From Lingula anatina (lineage: Eukaryota > Animalia > Brachiopoda), in contig JBPQGU010000016.1 of NCBI GenBank assembly GCA_051362555.1, positions 5,952,001-6,016,000 of the forward strand: a DNA stretch of 64,000 nucleotides. Reading direction: 5' to 3'. Position 1 is the first letter of the stretch. Each line of letters opens with the position of its first letter. The notes under the pieces were generated by a model, which saw only the letters and a list, made by a program, of their open reading frames with translations, ran no database searches and was not told the DNA's origin. This document shows, in pieces, positions 14,016-38,100 of the stretch. The translations under genes and the position numbers were made by a program.

Positions 14016-15570
14016 CAGGTTGTATGTTGTTACGCATTTAAAGGAGAAAAAACTAGACGCAGAATCTGATAAATATTACGTGCATACACGAAAATGTCTC
14101 GCCCTGAGTTATAAATAAATAAATAAAATTTATTTTAAAAAATGAATGACCATGGAATTCCACCACCAAAGCTAATTAATGGAGATGATAGACGTTCTTT
14201 GCTGGTATTGGGGAGAAAACTAAGCTATTGACACTAAATCTCGGTGCGATCAGTCTGTCGACTACTATAACGGCAGACAGTAATTATTAATGTGTTTTCA
14301 AAATCGATCTGTCTGCAAACTATATCAGCGGCTAATCCTGCGAGGTGCTGGCGTCTATCACATTTTCCCGGGCGCGAAATATCGACCGGTGCATTGTGAA
14401 CCGTTTTCCGTTTTTTCTTCTTTACAGCCATTCAATTTACCATGACAACGGACAAACACATTAATATTTTGAATATGCACCCGTAGACTAACAATGCTGG
14501 TCGATTAAGTATCCAAGTTCTGGGCCTTACGATGGAAAAGTGTATAATTTTTAGTTTGCTTGTCTAGGAATTTCAATTTCAAGGCAGTTTATATGTTAAA
14601 AACTTCAATCATGTTATTTGTATACTTGCATTCGTAAAAGTTGAGGATATTTTCAAATCCAGGTGTTTGTTTCGGGGACCATTTATTCCCATATCAGTAT
14701 AAACCTACTGTGAGTCTCTTGAAAATGATTTTATGCTCGCACAACTAATGAAAAGATGGTCGATTCATGGCACCCCGGATTATTTAACCAGCGCTTTGAC
14801 TGTAGACTATTAGAATTTTAACAGGGTTTTTATGTCCACTGACTGGTTCAGGTGCATGTTGTTTTCCCTATTATACTAAAATATCATAGTTTATTAAATA
14901 AAACTGAAGAAAACTGAACTGTATTTGTTCATTATTTCATCACACAAACTAAAATTTTAATGCTTGGATCACATCTATATCCATGCTGAAAGTGCACGTT
15001 TCACATCTTGTACTTATTAGTTGGTTTTTACATAACCAAACTGATTTTATATTGATTGTGACACTTTAAGTCCAATGTTGACAACTGCATTAATAATAAT
15101 AAATTGATCTAAATAAATAAATGAAATATAAATAAATAAATAAAATTAATTTCAAAAAATGAATGGAATTGAGAAATATAATAAAGAAATTAATTAATTC
15201 AAATGCTTTATTCAATATTTTTGAGCAATGTCATACCCCCCCATTTTCAATTTTCCCTTTTTCAATTGGCTGTTTTTATGTCCAAAGACAACATACATCC
15301 TTTTCAAGTAACAGAATAACTACCCTCTGCTAAAAATGCACTCCCAAGATGCACTTTAGTTTACATGTCCATTGCTATCCATGTTGATGCCAAAAGGGGA
15401 AAAATTTTTATCCAAACTGAATCAGCTCAGATTGTATGCCTTGCTCAATATCCGAGGAAAAAGTTGCCTCTGTCACTGAAATATGTTCACAGCATATTCA
15501 AAATGACACACAGCCAGGATAAGCTGATGTCTGCTGAGTTACTATGTAGTTGATAAACACAGTGTCAAGG

Positions 15571-25718
<10,148 letters not shown>

Positions 25719-26197
25719 TTCGGAACTTCCGCTCTAAACTACAAAGTGCGCATATGCTAAACGTCTTGTCGATAGAGGGCTTCGTGCGATGTGACTGATA
25801 ATAAAAATAAAAGGGTTATTGAGCACTAAATGATATGAATACATTTGCAGACTCACTAGACTACATTATTTACACAATAAGTACAAGAACTACTCGGATG
25901 TTTCCACATTCGACAATATGGAGCTTGCGGAGTCAGCCGAGGATTGTCGATTCTTCGGGCGTAGTGATATCGTCGTTTTCTCGCGCAACAAATTTTGTAA
26001 AAAAAGTCAAACTTAATCATAGAGTTGCAGTATTGCCCAAATAAATGCATATTTGTTACATACATTAAGATTGTCCAATTGTATGTATTTGTATCCGAGG
26101 TACGCGTTTTTCATTTTGGTGTTATTTTTTGACGCGAACGTGTCTGGACAGTATGTGTGAGCGTGTCCGAATGACCGTCTGTCAGAAGGGAGCAAAA
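25719..26197. promoter_or_regulatory. Putative bidirectional promoter between PSMC1 (-) and the chimeric gene (+)
   Basis: 479 bp between two divergent ATG|GTGAGTGCG first exons; relatively CpG-rich; palindrome CGGAACTTCCG with ETS-like GGAA cores near 25721-25731. Confidence 0.55.
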
Positions 26198-29100
26198 ATG
26201 GTGAGTGCGGCTTCTCAGTGTTAGTGTATTTTAATTTCCCCTTTGGTGTTAGGTTTTAATGTTACTTTCCACAATGAATGGAAAATATTGGATTGGTATT
26301 TTTTAAGGGTGATGAGTAATGCTTAGGTATGCAATCAAATGCCATTTTGTAGACCCCACCCATTGCTACAATTCTCGGATTATTGGAATAGCAGAGGCAA
26401 CTAAAGTCATTACATAATTTTATTCACAAAAGACCATTGTTTAACATGATTTTCGGAAGTGGATGGATGGAAGGGGGGGGGGGGATACAAGTGGCGAAAT
26501 TAACCTCCCATGATTAAATGAATTTTGCTGACTCATGATTCTTCATTGTACCGTCATCGTAGGCGCTAGCGGTACACATGGTTTTAGTTTTAGGTTAGTA
26601 CTTAGGGTCTATATTTATTTTAATAATAATATTTCAAAAAGCGAGCAAAAATGAATGAGTTTGTTGATCTAATTGACTTTCACAGATAAGGTGTATATAT
26701 ATATATAGCACTTGTCCATAACACAGTATCTGCTACCTATTGCAATGTGAACTAGTTCACATGTTTATTTATACTAGGAGAACTTGTGAGTATTAACTTC
26801 TTTTCTATGACTAACTAGAAAAGCACTCCAAGAGCAAAGACCTCTGCCAAGGCAGCGATTTTTGATTATTATTGATTATTGATTGATTTTTGAGCCAGAT
26901 CACCACCAAAAACTAATGAATCCTAGTTAACCCATTTCTGACCTACCCTGAAAATTTCATCAAAATCAGTCCATAACCTTTTTAGTTATGATAATGACAA
27001 ACAAACAGACAAACAGGGGTGAAAACATAACCTCCTGAGTCCTCGGCGGAGGTAATAAGTTCCAATGTCCATATCATTACATCCCATACTTAAGAAAGTT
27101 GAAAACCTCTGGCTCACTATATCTGTCTAGTACTAAAAATGATTTCAGCTGTGCTTTCAGCTGACTATGCTGTGCTGTAAAAGCTGGGCACTCAGTCACA
27201 AAATGAAACTTGTCCTCTATTTCCTGGAGATTGCATAGGTAGCATAGTCTCTGCTCTAGCGGTGTTTTGGGTCTGGTATATCTTCCATGCTCTACCCACA
27301 GTGTATGTGCACTAACCTAGAATTTGCAAAAAACTGATCTTTATTTTTTATTTAAGATCATAGTGTAATTTCTATATTTAAAGATGTTCTTGAACCCTAC
27401 ATATGTTCTGATTTTTAAAATATTTTACAATTGTTATAATACTAAATAAATCTTCACCATCACTTTGAACTGATTTTGCTGTGTTTTGATGGTTTTAATT
27501 TCAGGTTCACACTGCGAAAGGAGTTCTATCAGATGACACAGACCCTATGGTAACTGTAATGAAGTTGGATAAAGTGCCGCAGGAGACATACGCAGATATA
27601 GGGGGACTGGACCAGCAAATACAAGAAATAAAGGTTATAGATGATGGCTTTATGGAAAACTTGGTTGTGGTACAAACCCAATTTTTTGTTGGAATTTTGT
27701 TTACACCTATCTGTTTAGGCAACGCTCTTTTGCTAATTTTGGGTTGTGAACCTCAAAAATTTGAAATTTGTGAAAAAAAAAAAACGATTTTATTCGAATA
27801 TTATACTTGAAAGAATAAGATTCAGACATTTAATTACTGTGCAAATTACAACTTGCAGAAAAATTAGAAAAAGCATGTTGTTTTACAGGAAGTGGAAGAG
27901 TTACCACTGGCTTATCCAGAATTTGAAAAAAGGTGCATTAAGCCTCCAAAAAGGGTCATTCTTCATGGAAAACCTGGAACAGGTAATGGTTTTATAACTT
28001 ATGTCTGTTATGTAATTAGGCTGTGTTCAGATTTAAAGTTATCGTACCAGCAGGATCAATCTATCTCAGCAGGGATTTTCTCTTGGGTGCAGTCACTCTA
28101 ATCAGTTTATTAATTGTCTGGCACCTTCCCTGGGAGAGCAACATGAACATAATCATGGACCAAAAAGTTTTCCCAACTTTACCCAAGTACTTTTGAAAAT
28201 ACTTGGGTAAAGTAGGCAAAACTTAAAAGTTACGAGACAGATTGTTTCTTTAACTGTACTTGCACATCACATTTCAAGCTACAGTTTTTATCACACTTTT
28301 ATGATTCTGTGAGGGTTTTTTGTGTCAGAATTTATTTTATCAGAATTGAATCAATTAACCTGCATCATAGGTGATTTTGGTTGATTTTTCCCCACTGATG
28401 TCATTGTCATTCAAGACATTAGTATTGTTTCTTCTAATAAACTTAGACATATTTGGCCGTGACAATGTATTTCTGTTTTTAGATTTGGGAAAGATGATTA
28501 CAGATACTGGTCCCCTAATATTGATGATTGTATTGCTACTACATTTTATTCCAAATTTAATGCTGCTTGTGGAGGCAGGAACATTAGAAAAAGGTAAGTT
28601 TGCACTGACGTTGGATGACATTTAATATGAAGACGATCATAACAGTAAAATTGATTCAAGTTCTAACTCTTCAGGAGCATGGTATGTCATGAATGAACAC
28701 AATAGACTGTCAGTTAATGAATCTAAGAACCATAACATGATACAAATTTAGAATATAGATATATATGTATAACTGATAGAAATAATGTTGACTGGTATTC
28801 ACGTCAAAGTTTTTGATCTGTTTTAAGATTATTCACAGACTTCTGTTAAAGATTCTATTGCTGCAATGCAACGGTCCATGCAAGGTCGTGTCTCCCCCCC
28901 CCCACCCCAATTCATTGTCAAGGCAACATACTGCCTGTCAATCTGCTGTCATATACCAGTGTGATATTGATGTAAGGAAGAAATTAGTAATAACAAATAT
29001 GAGAATTTAAATAAAAAAAGGAGAACTTTTTTATGTACAGACACAGATGTGTCTGTACATATAGCCATCATCTTCGTCTGTCGTCGTCGCCATCGTCGTC

Positions 29101-32100
29101 GCCGTGCACTTTTACCGATAACATGATAAGTGGAAAACCGTTTTCTCTTTTGTCTGGAAACTTACAGAACTGATGAATATTTGTAATACGCAGGTCAAGT
29201 TTGAAAATTAGCATGATCAGGCCATTTTTAAGGGATGTAATGCCGTTTTTATTTCACTTTTTTCAGCATATATGCAACCCTGATAACACAATATAAGAAA
29301 AACAGATAACCCAATTGTCATTATACTCACAGGACTGGTCAGTCTTACTAAAACGCAGGTTGAGTTCGAAAATCAGCATAATCGGGCCATTGTTATGTAC
29401 AGACACAGATGTGTCTGTACATATTGCCATCACCTGCGTCTGTCGTCGCCGTCGCTGTGCACTTTCAGCGTTAACACCATAAGTGGAAGACAGTTTTACT
29501 TTTTGGCTTTATATTTACAGAGCTGATGAATATTCATAAAACGCAGGTCAAGTTCGAAAATCAGCATGATCGGGCCATTATTGTAGAATTTATGCTGTTT
29601 TTTCACTTTTCAGCATATATGCAACACTGTTAACACATTTCAAGGAAAACCGATAGGCCTGTTGTCATGAAACTCACAGGAATAATCAATCTTACTAAAA
29701 TGCAGGTCAAGTTCGAAAATCGGCATGATCGGGCCACCATTTAAGTAGTTATGCTGTTTTTTCACTTTTCAGCATATATGCAACACTGTTAACACATTTC
29801 AAGGAAAACCGATAGACCTGTTGTCATGAAACTCACAGGAGTAATCAATCTTACTAAAACGCAGGTCAAGTTCGAAAATCAGCATAATCGGGCCATTATT
29901 TTATAAGTTATGCTGTTTTTTCACATTTCTTCAGATTCAATTCTTAGGCATGTTAACAGTCTCATTATTTAATTAATAAGATACGTAAAAGTGTTTGTTT
30001 GACATTTCCTGCATCTTTACAACATTGTTAGTTGATTATGTAAAAATGATGGTAAACTTGTTATCGTGTATTGTGTAATAAAGTGTCAAAAATGGAAATA
30101 AACTCATATCATTGCAGTTTGTAAGATTCAATCATTCATTATGTTCAGAAACTCAGAATGGAGGAAATTGGACATTAAACACTGTTCTATTGATATTTTT
30201 CACATCTCATCAACTTTCTTAGTTGATTATATAAAAATGGCAGTAAACTGTTAATTTTGTTTTATGTTAAAAAAGTGTTAAAAATGGAAATAAACGCATT
30301 TCATAACAGCACTGTCTTGTTTCACATTTCCTCAGATTCAATTCTTAGGCATGTTAACAGTCTCATTATTTAACTAATAAGATACGTAAAAGTCTTTGTT
30401 TAACATTTCCTGCATCTTTACAACATTGTTAGTTGATTATGTAAAAATGATGGTAAGCTTGTTATCATGTATTGTATAATAGAGTTTCAAAAATGGAAAT
30501 AAACTCTTATCATTGCAGTTTGTCAGATTCATTCATTCATTCACTATGTTCAGAAACTCAGAATGGAGGAAATTGGACATTAAACACTGTTCTATTGATA
30601 TTTTTCCCATCTCATCAATTTTCTTAGTTGATCATATAAAAATGGCAGTTAAGTGTTAATTTTGTTATATGTTATATATGATGACCATCATGGGAAAACC
30701 ATATTACTTATGATTGTCAAACTTTTAAAAAAGAAACACAGGACTAAAATGCAGCTCGAGTTGGAAAAGCAGTCTAATTGACTTCTTTTTCTGGAAGTTT
30801 TACATTTTCAAAGTGTGAACTTGAACTCCCATGGGCCTGAAGCCTTATGCTTGTTACACATTTTACTTACATTGGTATTACCTGTTGAGCATAATTAAAA
30901 TTTGACGTTGAATTTGCAGTTAAGCATAATGTATTTTTGCACCAGAATTGACAGTAGCCTATTTTGTGAATTGTTATTTTCTGCTTATTGTCTGTACATT
31001 TGACAGCTTTGCTGCCTTGTTATACTGATTTTATTTATTTCATATATTTTCATAAAAACAAACAGGTGATAACCCATAAAGAAGTTAAATTGTTAACATT
31101 AATATAAGTAACGTATTATGAAATTAAAAATATTCTTTAATTTTTCATTGAACTTTATTCAAATATTATAAATTTTGAATATTTTAATAAAATTTATTGA
31201 ATTCAACAGTACCCCCTCCCCACTTCCCGCTCAGGGTATTTTTTTTTTTTTAGCTTTGGTTAAACTTCATGCAAATCTGTTATCAAAGTGCAATTAGTAT
31301 AATAATAATAATCTTTATTGAATATTACAACCCGAAGGTTGAAGTTTTACATTATATATATATACTTTATTTATTTATTTAAATGAAATGTATGTATGTG
31401 AGAGAAGCCTGGTCATTTTTGCCCAATTACACACTATAGGCGTTCTCACCTCCCTAGGGAGGATACAATAGTAGACCCTGTACCCCAAATCCTAGGAGAA
31501 GCCCTGATTGGAACTATGTTAAATCAGACAAGTATGAAAACCCGATTTTTAATCTGAAAATAAATTCACTTTAAGGTGCATTTTCGGGGCTCATTTGATT
31601 GAATGTTTTGGTAATGAATACATTAAATGTATGACTACACATATTAATTTACAAAGTTCAAAGGTATGAATAGAAAAAATTATTGGTTTTGTTAGACAGG
31701 TTGGATTGAAAATCGGACAGGTCAAATTTATGAACACCTGTCCGAAGGAAGTTAGTGTCTAGCCCTGTTAGGCTTATATTTCATGGTTTCTTATTAGGTT
31801 TAAATGTATAGCTGTGCTTCTTGTACTTGGGCAAACATTTACATTTCCTTCTCTTATTTTTATGTACAGACACAGATGTGTCTGTACATATTGCCATCAC
31901 CTGCGTCTGTCGTCGCCGTCGCCGATCATGTCGCCGTCGCTGTCGCCGTCGCCGTGCACTTTCAGCGTTAACACCATAAGTGGAAGACAGTTTTACTTTT
32001 TGGCTTTATATTTACGGAGCTGACTAATATTCATAAAACACAGGTCAAGTTCGAAAATCAGCATGATCGGGCCATTATTGTAGAATTTATGCTGTTTTTT

Positions 32101-35100
32101 CACTTTTTAGCATATATGCAACACTGTTAACACATTTCAAGGAAAACCGATAGGCCTGTTGTCATGAAACTCACAGGAGTAATCAGTCTTACTAAAACGC
32201 AGATCAAGTTCGAAAATCGGCATGATCGGTCCACTATTTTAGTAGTTATGCTGTTTTTTCACTTTTCAGCATATATGCAACACTGTTAACACATTTCAAG
32301 GAAAACCGATAGACCTGTTGTCATGAAACTCACAGGAGTAATCAATCTTACTAAAACGCAGGTCAAGTTCGAAAATCGGCATGATCGGGCCACCATTTCA
32401 CTAGTTTTGCTGTTTTTTACACTTTTCAGCATATATGCAACACTGTAAACACAATATAAGAAAAACAGATGTGCCAATTGTCATGAAAGTCACAGGAGTG
32501 GTCAATTTTACTAAAATGCAGGTTGAGTTCGTAAATCAGCATATCGTGCCATTATTTTAGAAGGTATGCTGTTTTTTTCACATTTCCTCAGATTCAATTT
32601 TTAAGCATGTTAACAGTCTCATTATTAAACTAATAAGATACGTGAAAGTGTTTGTTTGACATTTCCTGCATCTTTACAACATTGTTAGTTGATTTTTTTC
32701 AAAATGATGGTAAACATGTTATCGTGTATTGTGTAATAAAGTTTCAAAAATGGAAATAAACTCATATCATTGCAATTTGTCAGATTCAATCATTCACTAT
32801 GTTCAGAATCTCAGAATGGAAGAAATTGGACATTTAACACTGCTCTATTGATACTTTTCTCATCTCATCAATTTTCTTAGTTGATCATATAAAAATGGCA
32901 GTAAACTGTTAATTTTGTTTTATGTTAAAAATTGTTAAAAATGGGGAAAAAAAACATTTCAGAACAATGCTGTCTTGTTTACATTTTGGCATTTTCAAGT
33001 TGTGACTTTGAAGTTCCATGGGCCTGAAGACCTTTGCTAGTCACATTTTCTGAATATCCATGATACTAATATTTTATTATTAAAAATTGATGGTCATTAT
33101 GCTGTTAAACATTATGTAATATTGCATCAAAATTTGAAAAAAAAACTATTTTGGGCACTGCTCCCATGATTACCTTTTAAGAAAAACCATGTCACTTACT
33201 GTTCTCAAACTTACAGGAAAGAAACATGGGACTAAAATACAGCTTCAGTAGGCAATGCAATCTGCCAGATAAACAGTTTTTTTGTGAAAATTTAATTTTT
33301 CACATATTGGCATTTTCAAGGTGTGATTTTGAAGTTCCACAGGCTTGAAGACCCAGGCTAGTCACATTTTCTGAAAGTCCATGATACAAATATTTTGTTA
33401 TTAAAAATTGATTGTCATTATGCTGTTAACCATTATGTAATATTGCATCAGAATAGAAGAAAACACAATTTTGGGTGCTGCTGCCATGATGACCATTATG
33501 GGAAAACCATGTTACTTATGATTGCCAAACTTTCAAAAAAGAAATACAGGACTAAAATACAGCCTGAGTTGGAAAAGCAGTCTAATTGTCTTCTTTTTCT
33601 GGAAGTTTTACATTTTCAAAGTGTGAACTTGAACTCCCATGGGCCTGAAGTCTTATGCTTGTTTCACATTTTACTTACATTGGTATTACCTGTTGAGCAT
33701 AATTAAAATTTGATGTTGAATTTGCAGTTTAACATAATGTACTTTTGCATCAGAATTGACAGTAGCCTATTTTGTTATTTCCTGCTTTTTGTCTGTACAG
33801 TTGACAGCTTTGCTGCCTTGTTACATTTATATGAGCGCATTCTCAACGAATTAAGCCAGGCTTTACAAAGCCGGTGACCTAAAAATGGCGGACGTACATG
33901 AAAGAAAAACCGCCTAGTCTCTCCGCCTCTCACACGCCTCCCCACACGTCGTCCCTGCGGGGTACAGTAATTAAATCTCGGCTCCGAACATTAATATTTC
34001 CGTGAATATCTCTGGTGATATTATCTCCGTAGATAGTCGATTCATTGCTGCTCTACGGGCCAAATTATTCCTTTTTCGTCTCTGTTTTCAAAGATAATAG
34101 AACAGAAGAGCTTTTTTCCTTCGATCGCCTTCAGCCGCCATGATTTCTTCACCACGAGTTTAACTGATGAGCATGCGCACTTAATATTTCTCAGGTAGCT
34201 TCCGCATGGCGAACGGAGACGCGATTTAATTACTGTACCCCGCAGGGACGACGTGTGGGGAGGCGGAGATACTATTAAAAGATTAGGCGGTTTTTCTTTC
34301 ATGTACGTCCGCCATTTTTAGGTCACCGGCTTTGTAAAGCCTGGCTTAATTCGTTGAGAATGCGCTCTATGACTCCTCGTAGAAATATAGTTCTAATTCA
34401 GCAGATATGGTTGACAATTTGTTGTAGCTGATGTCCCGTATAAAACGACAGAGAGTGGAGAGGACATCACCTTTGACTTTATGCTGGAAGGGGAGCCACG
34501 CTCCCTGATTGAATTGTCTTGCCAGAAAGATTCTAAGGCTTTACTGCAGCACTTTTGGAAACGTGGCACACATTGGCATATGAAAAATAACACAGATTTA
34601 AAAGAAAGAATGGACCTTGTGATGCAGGACAATGGCAACGTGACATTTAGAATTATTAACACAAAGCCAGAAGACAGCGGGAAATATTGTTGCTATGAGT
34701 GGCTTGAAGACGGTTCCCATAGGATTCATTGTAATCAAATATACATTGATGGTACATGTAAGTATAGTATTTCATACAAACTGTAATATTACATTTTGAT
34801 GCATACACATTTATTTCTACCTATCTACACAATCCATAGCATAAATAAAGGACAAACTCAGGTATGATATTGGGAATTTGGGTGGTAATGGCCAAATTTA
34901 TTGAAAGGTATCTCTTGTAAAAGAAGTAATGTATGTTATTATATTAAATAATGTTGAGTTATAATAGTTACGCATGGGTGAAAGTTTTATGCCTGATTTC
35001 AGGATTTTTGTTCTTCATTTTGATAATTAAGGTAAGAATATTGCAAAAAATGCCAAAAAAAATAAATAAATAATAATAATAAATAAATAAATAAAATGAT

Positions 35101-38100
35101 AAACATAAAAAAAATTTTTTTAAATTTGCTAGCTACATTTTCTAGATTTCCAGTTTCTTCAACTTTCACCCATGTAGTTACATGTCTAGGCATAAAAAAT
35201 TCAGATAAATAACTCATATCTAAACAAGAAGTGCATGTTTCAATTTGTGGGGTTGCATATAGGTTCCCTTGCTTTCCTTGTAATGGTTTTCCTTGTTTAT
35301 GTTCCTCACATGATCAGTGAGGTAGACTTCATGCTGCTCTCTTATTGTACCACGTTAGCGCTGGCGGTACACATGGTTTCGGTCCTGTCCGGATCGTTCC
35401 GGGCGTCTTGGGTGTTCGTCTATTTTGGATCAGGGGGTTGACAAACACCCAATGGTCATTCATCGTGGAAAATTTCATGCTTTTATCATCTTTTGCACAA
35501 TTCTGGATAAAATTTGGACTTAGCCGCCTGACTACTTTTCACCATGAACTAAACTTCGCATATTTTGCTTCCCTTTTATCTCCAAAACTGGCAGAGATAG
35601 GTCCATAGTTACTATTGAACCTGAATGGGAAGTCATATACTGGCAATCTAAATGTGACCTTGAAATTGACCTTTGACCTACTTTTCACCATGAACTGAAC
35701 TTTGCAAATTTTGCTTCCCTTTTATCTCCCAAACTGGCAGAGATAGGTCCATAGTTACTATCAAACTTGAATGGGAAGTCATATACTGGCAATCTAAATG
35801 TGACCTTGAAATTGACCTTTGACCTACTTTTTACCATGAACTGAACTTTGCAAATTTTGCTTCCCTTTTATCTCCAAAACTGGCAGAGATAGGTCCATAG
35901 TTACTATTGAACTTGAATGGGAAGTCATATACTGGCAATCTAAATGTGACCTTGAAATTGACCTTTGACTTACTTTTCACCATGAACTGAACTTTGCAAA
36001 TTTTGCTTCCCTTTCATATCCAAAACTGGCAGAGATAGGTCCATAGTTACTATTGAACTAGAATAGGAAGTCATACACTGGCAATCTAAATGTGACCTTG
36101 AAATTGACCTTTGACCTACTTTTCACCATTAACTCAACTTTGCAAATTTTGCTTCCCTTTTATCTCCAAAACTGGCAGAGATAGGTCCATAGTTATTATT
36201 GAAGTTGAATAGGAAGCCATACACTGGCAATCTTAATGTGACCTTAAAATTGACCTTTGACCTACTTTTCACCATGAACTGAACTTTGCAAATTTTGCTT
36301 CCCTTTTATCTCCCAAACTGGCAGAGATAGGTCCATAGTTACTCTTGAACTTTAATGGGAAGTCATATACTGGCAATCTTACTGAGAAATTGACCTTTCA
36401 CCTACCTTTTGATGAACTTTTGATATATTTTTTTGCATATTTTGAAAATTCTTGTTGATTGCACTTTTACAACTTGTCAAGCAAAAGACTGGTGGCTGTG
36501 TCCCTTATTTTTTGTATGTGGGGGTCTATACGAATGCGCTTGCTCCAGCTGGTGGTACAATATTCGGAGGCGGTATCGCCTCTCTGATCCTCTAGTTCAT
36601 GTATAAAATCTTCTTTACTTATGCTACATATTTATATTTACTGATGTTTTAGGCAGTGTTTGCCTCAGGCTCTTAGGAAAATTAGTTGCTGGAAAAGGTC
36701 CAGCCATCTTGAAAAGTAGCTGGCCTGAATGTCTGCCGGGTGGGAATACTTCTCAGCCCATTCTGAAAGTTGTCAGCCCGAAGCAGAAAGTTCAGCGTAA
36801 TTTTGAACACTGGTTTTAGTGATAGTGATCACTTACCGCGGAATAAAATATTAATGATTTAGTGCCCAGCAATTTAAGGACCTTATTATAAAGGTGTGCT
36901 ATATATTTTCAGTGAAGTCCAATAATTCCAGCCCGGACAACACCACGGTTCCTGCCACTGTGGACACTGGTAAGTACTGACCCAGCACTACATTAACATT
37001 ATATCTCTACTTTATCGAATCAAAACACTAACAAAATAGTTAATGGCATTGTTGAGAATCCTGCATTTTTCTTGAAGTTTTTTCTCTGTAATTTTTTTCA
37101 TTTTTCACACTCGGCATTATCTTTATGTGGAACTTTGAAATCCCTTAGGCCTGAAGCTCTACTAAGCTATTTACATTTTCTGAATATCGGTGTTACTTCT
37201 TGTACATAATGTAAAATTACTGGCAAATATGCTGTTCAACATTTTCTTCTACTTTCAGTGAAGTCCAATAACTCCAGCCTGGACAACACCACAGTACCTA
37301 CTACTGGTAGGTTCTGACTTAGCACTACATTTACGTTATATCTCTACTTTATTGAATCAAAACACTTACAAAATAGTTAATGACATCGTTGAGAATCCTG
37401 CATTTTTCTTGAAGTTACAACGTTGTTTATAATTTTTTCATTGTTCACACTCAGCATTATCTAAATGTGAAACTTTGAAATCCCATAGGCCAGAAGCTCT
37501 ACTAAGCTATTTACATTTTCTGAATATCATTGTTACTTCTAGTACATAATGTAACATTACTGGCAATTGTGCTGTTCAACATAGTGTTATACTGCATTTA
37601 AATTGAGGAGAAAAATTATTGTGTTATATCATCATTTTCTGTTGTATGTCTGTGCATTGACAGCTTTGCTACTTTGTTTAATTAGTACTTTTAATGTATT
37701 ACAAATTGCTGTCAGTCAGTATTACAAGATTATTTCTTAACTGCTCTTGTTTGTAATTAATGTAATACTATGGCACTATTCCCATAGATTTTAGATCGAT
37801 CTATCCCCGCGGGGAGTCTCACTAGATTACTTTCAGATAATCCGACTTAAATGTCCGTCCCGCCTACTACAAGCTGTAAGGGGATAATTAACTTTCGTGT
37901 CCGCCCGGCTGACAGCTATTTAGCGTGAACCCCCACGGAGTTAGGTCGATCTAAAGTAGGTCGATCTAATCTATGGAAATGGGGTGTATGTGTTTGTTTG
38001 TTTGATACCATACCATAGTATTGTTTTCATTAGACAAAATACTAGTAGTAGTATAGCCGTTTCCTTGAAAGAAAAGTTAGGTGGATTGTTGAACTTGTTT

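Noticed and set aside
27505-27982. Second full PSMC1 paralog or a retrocopy
   Set aside because: Only exons 1, 6 and 7 are recognisable, introns are retained, and Walker A is truncated.
28163-28225. ~25-bp-arm hairpin as a miRNA precursor
   Set aside because: AT-rich palindrome with no other support; more likely a tiny MITE remnant.
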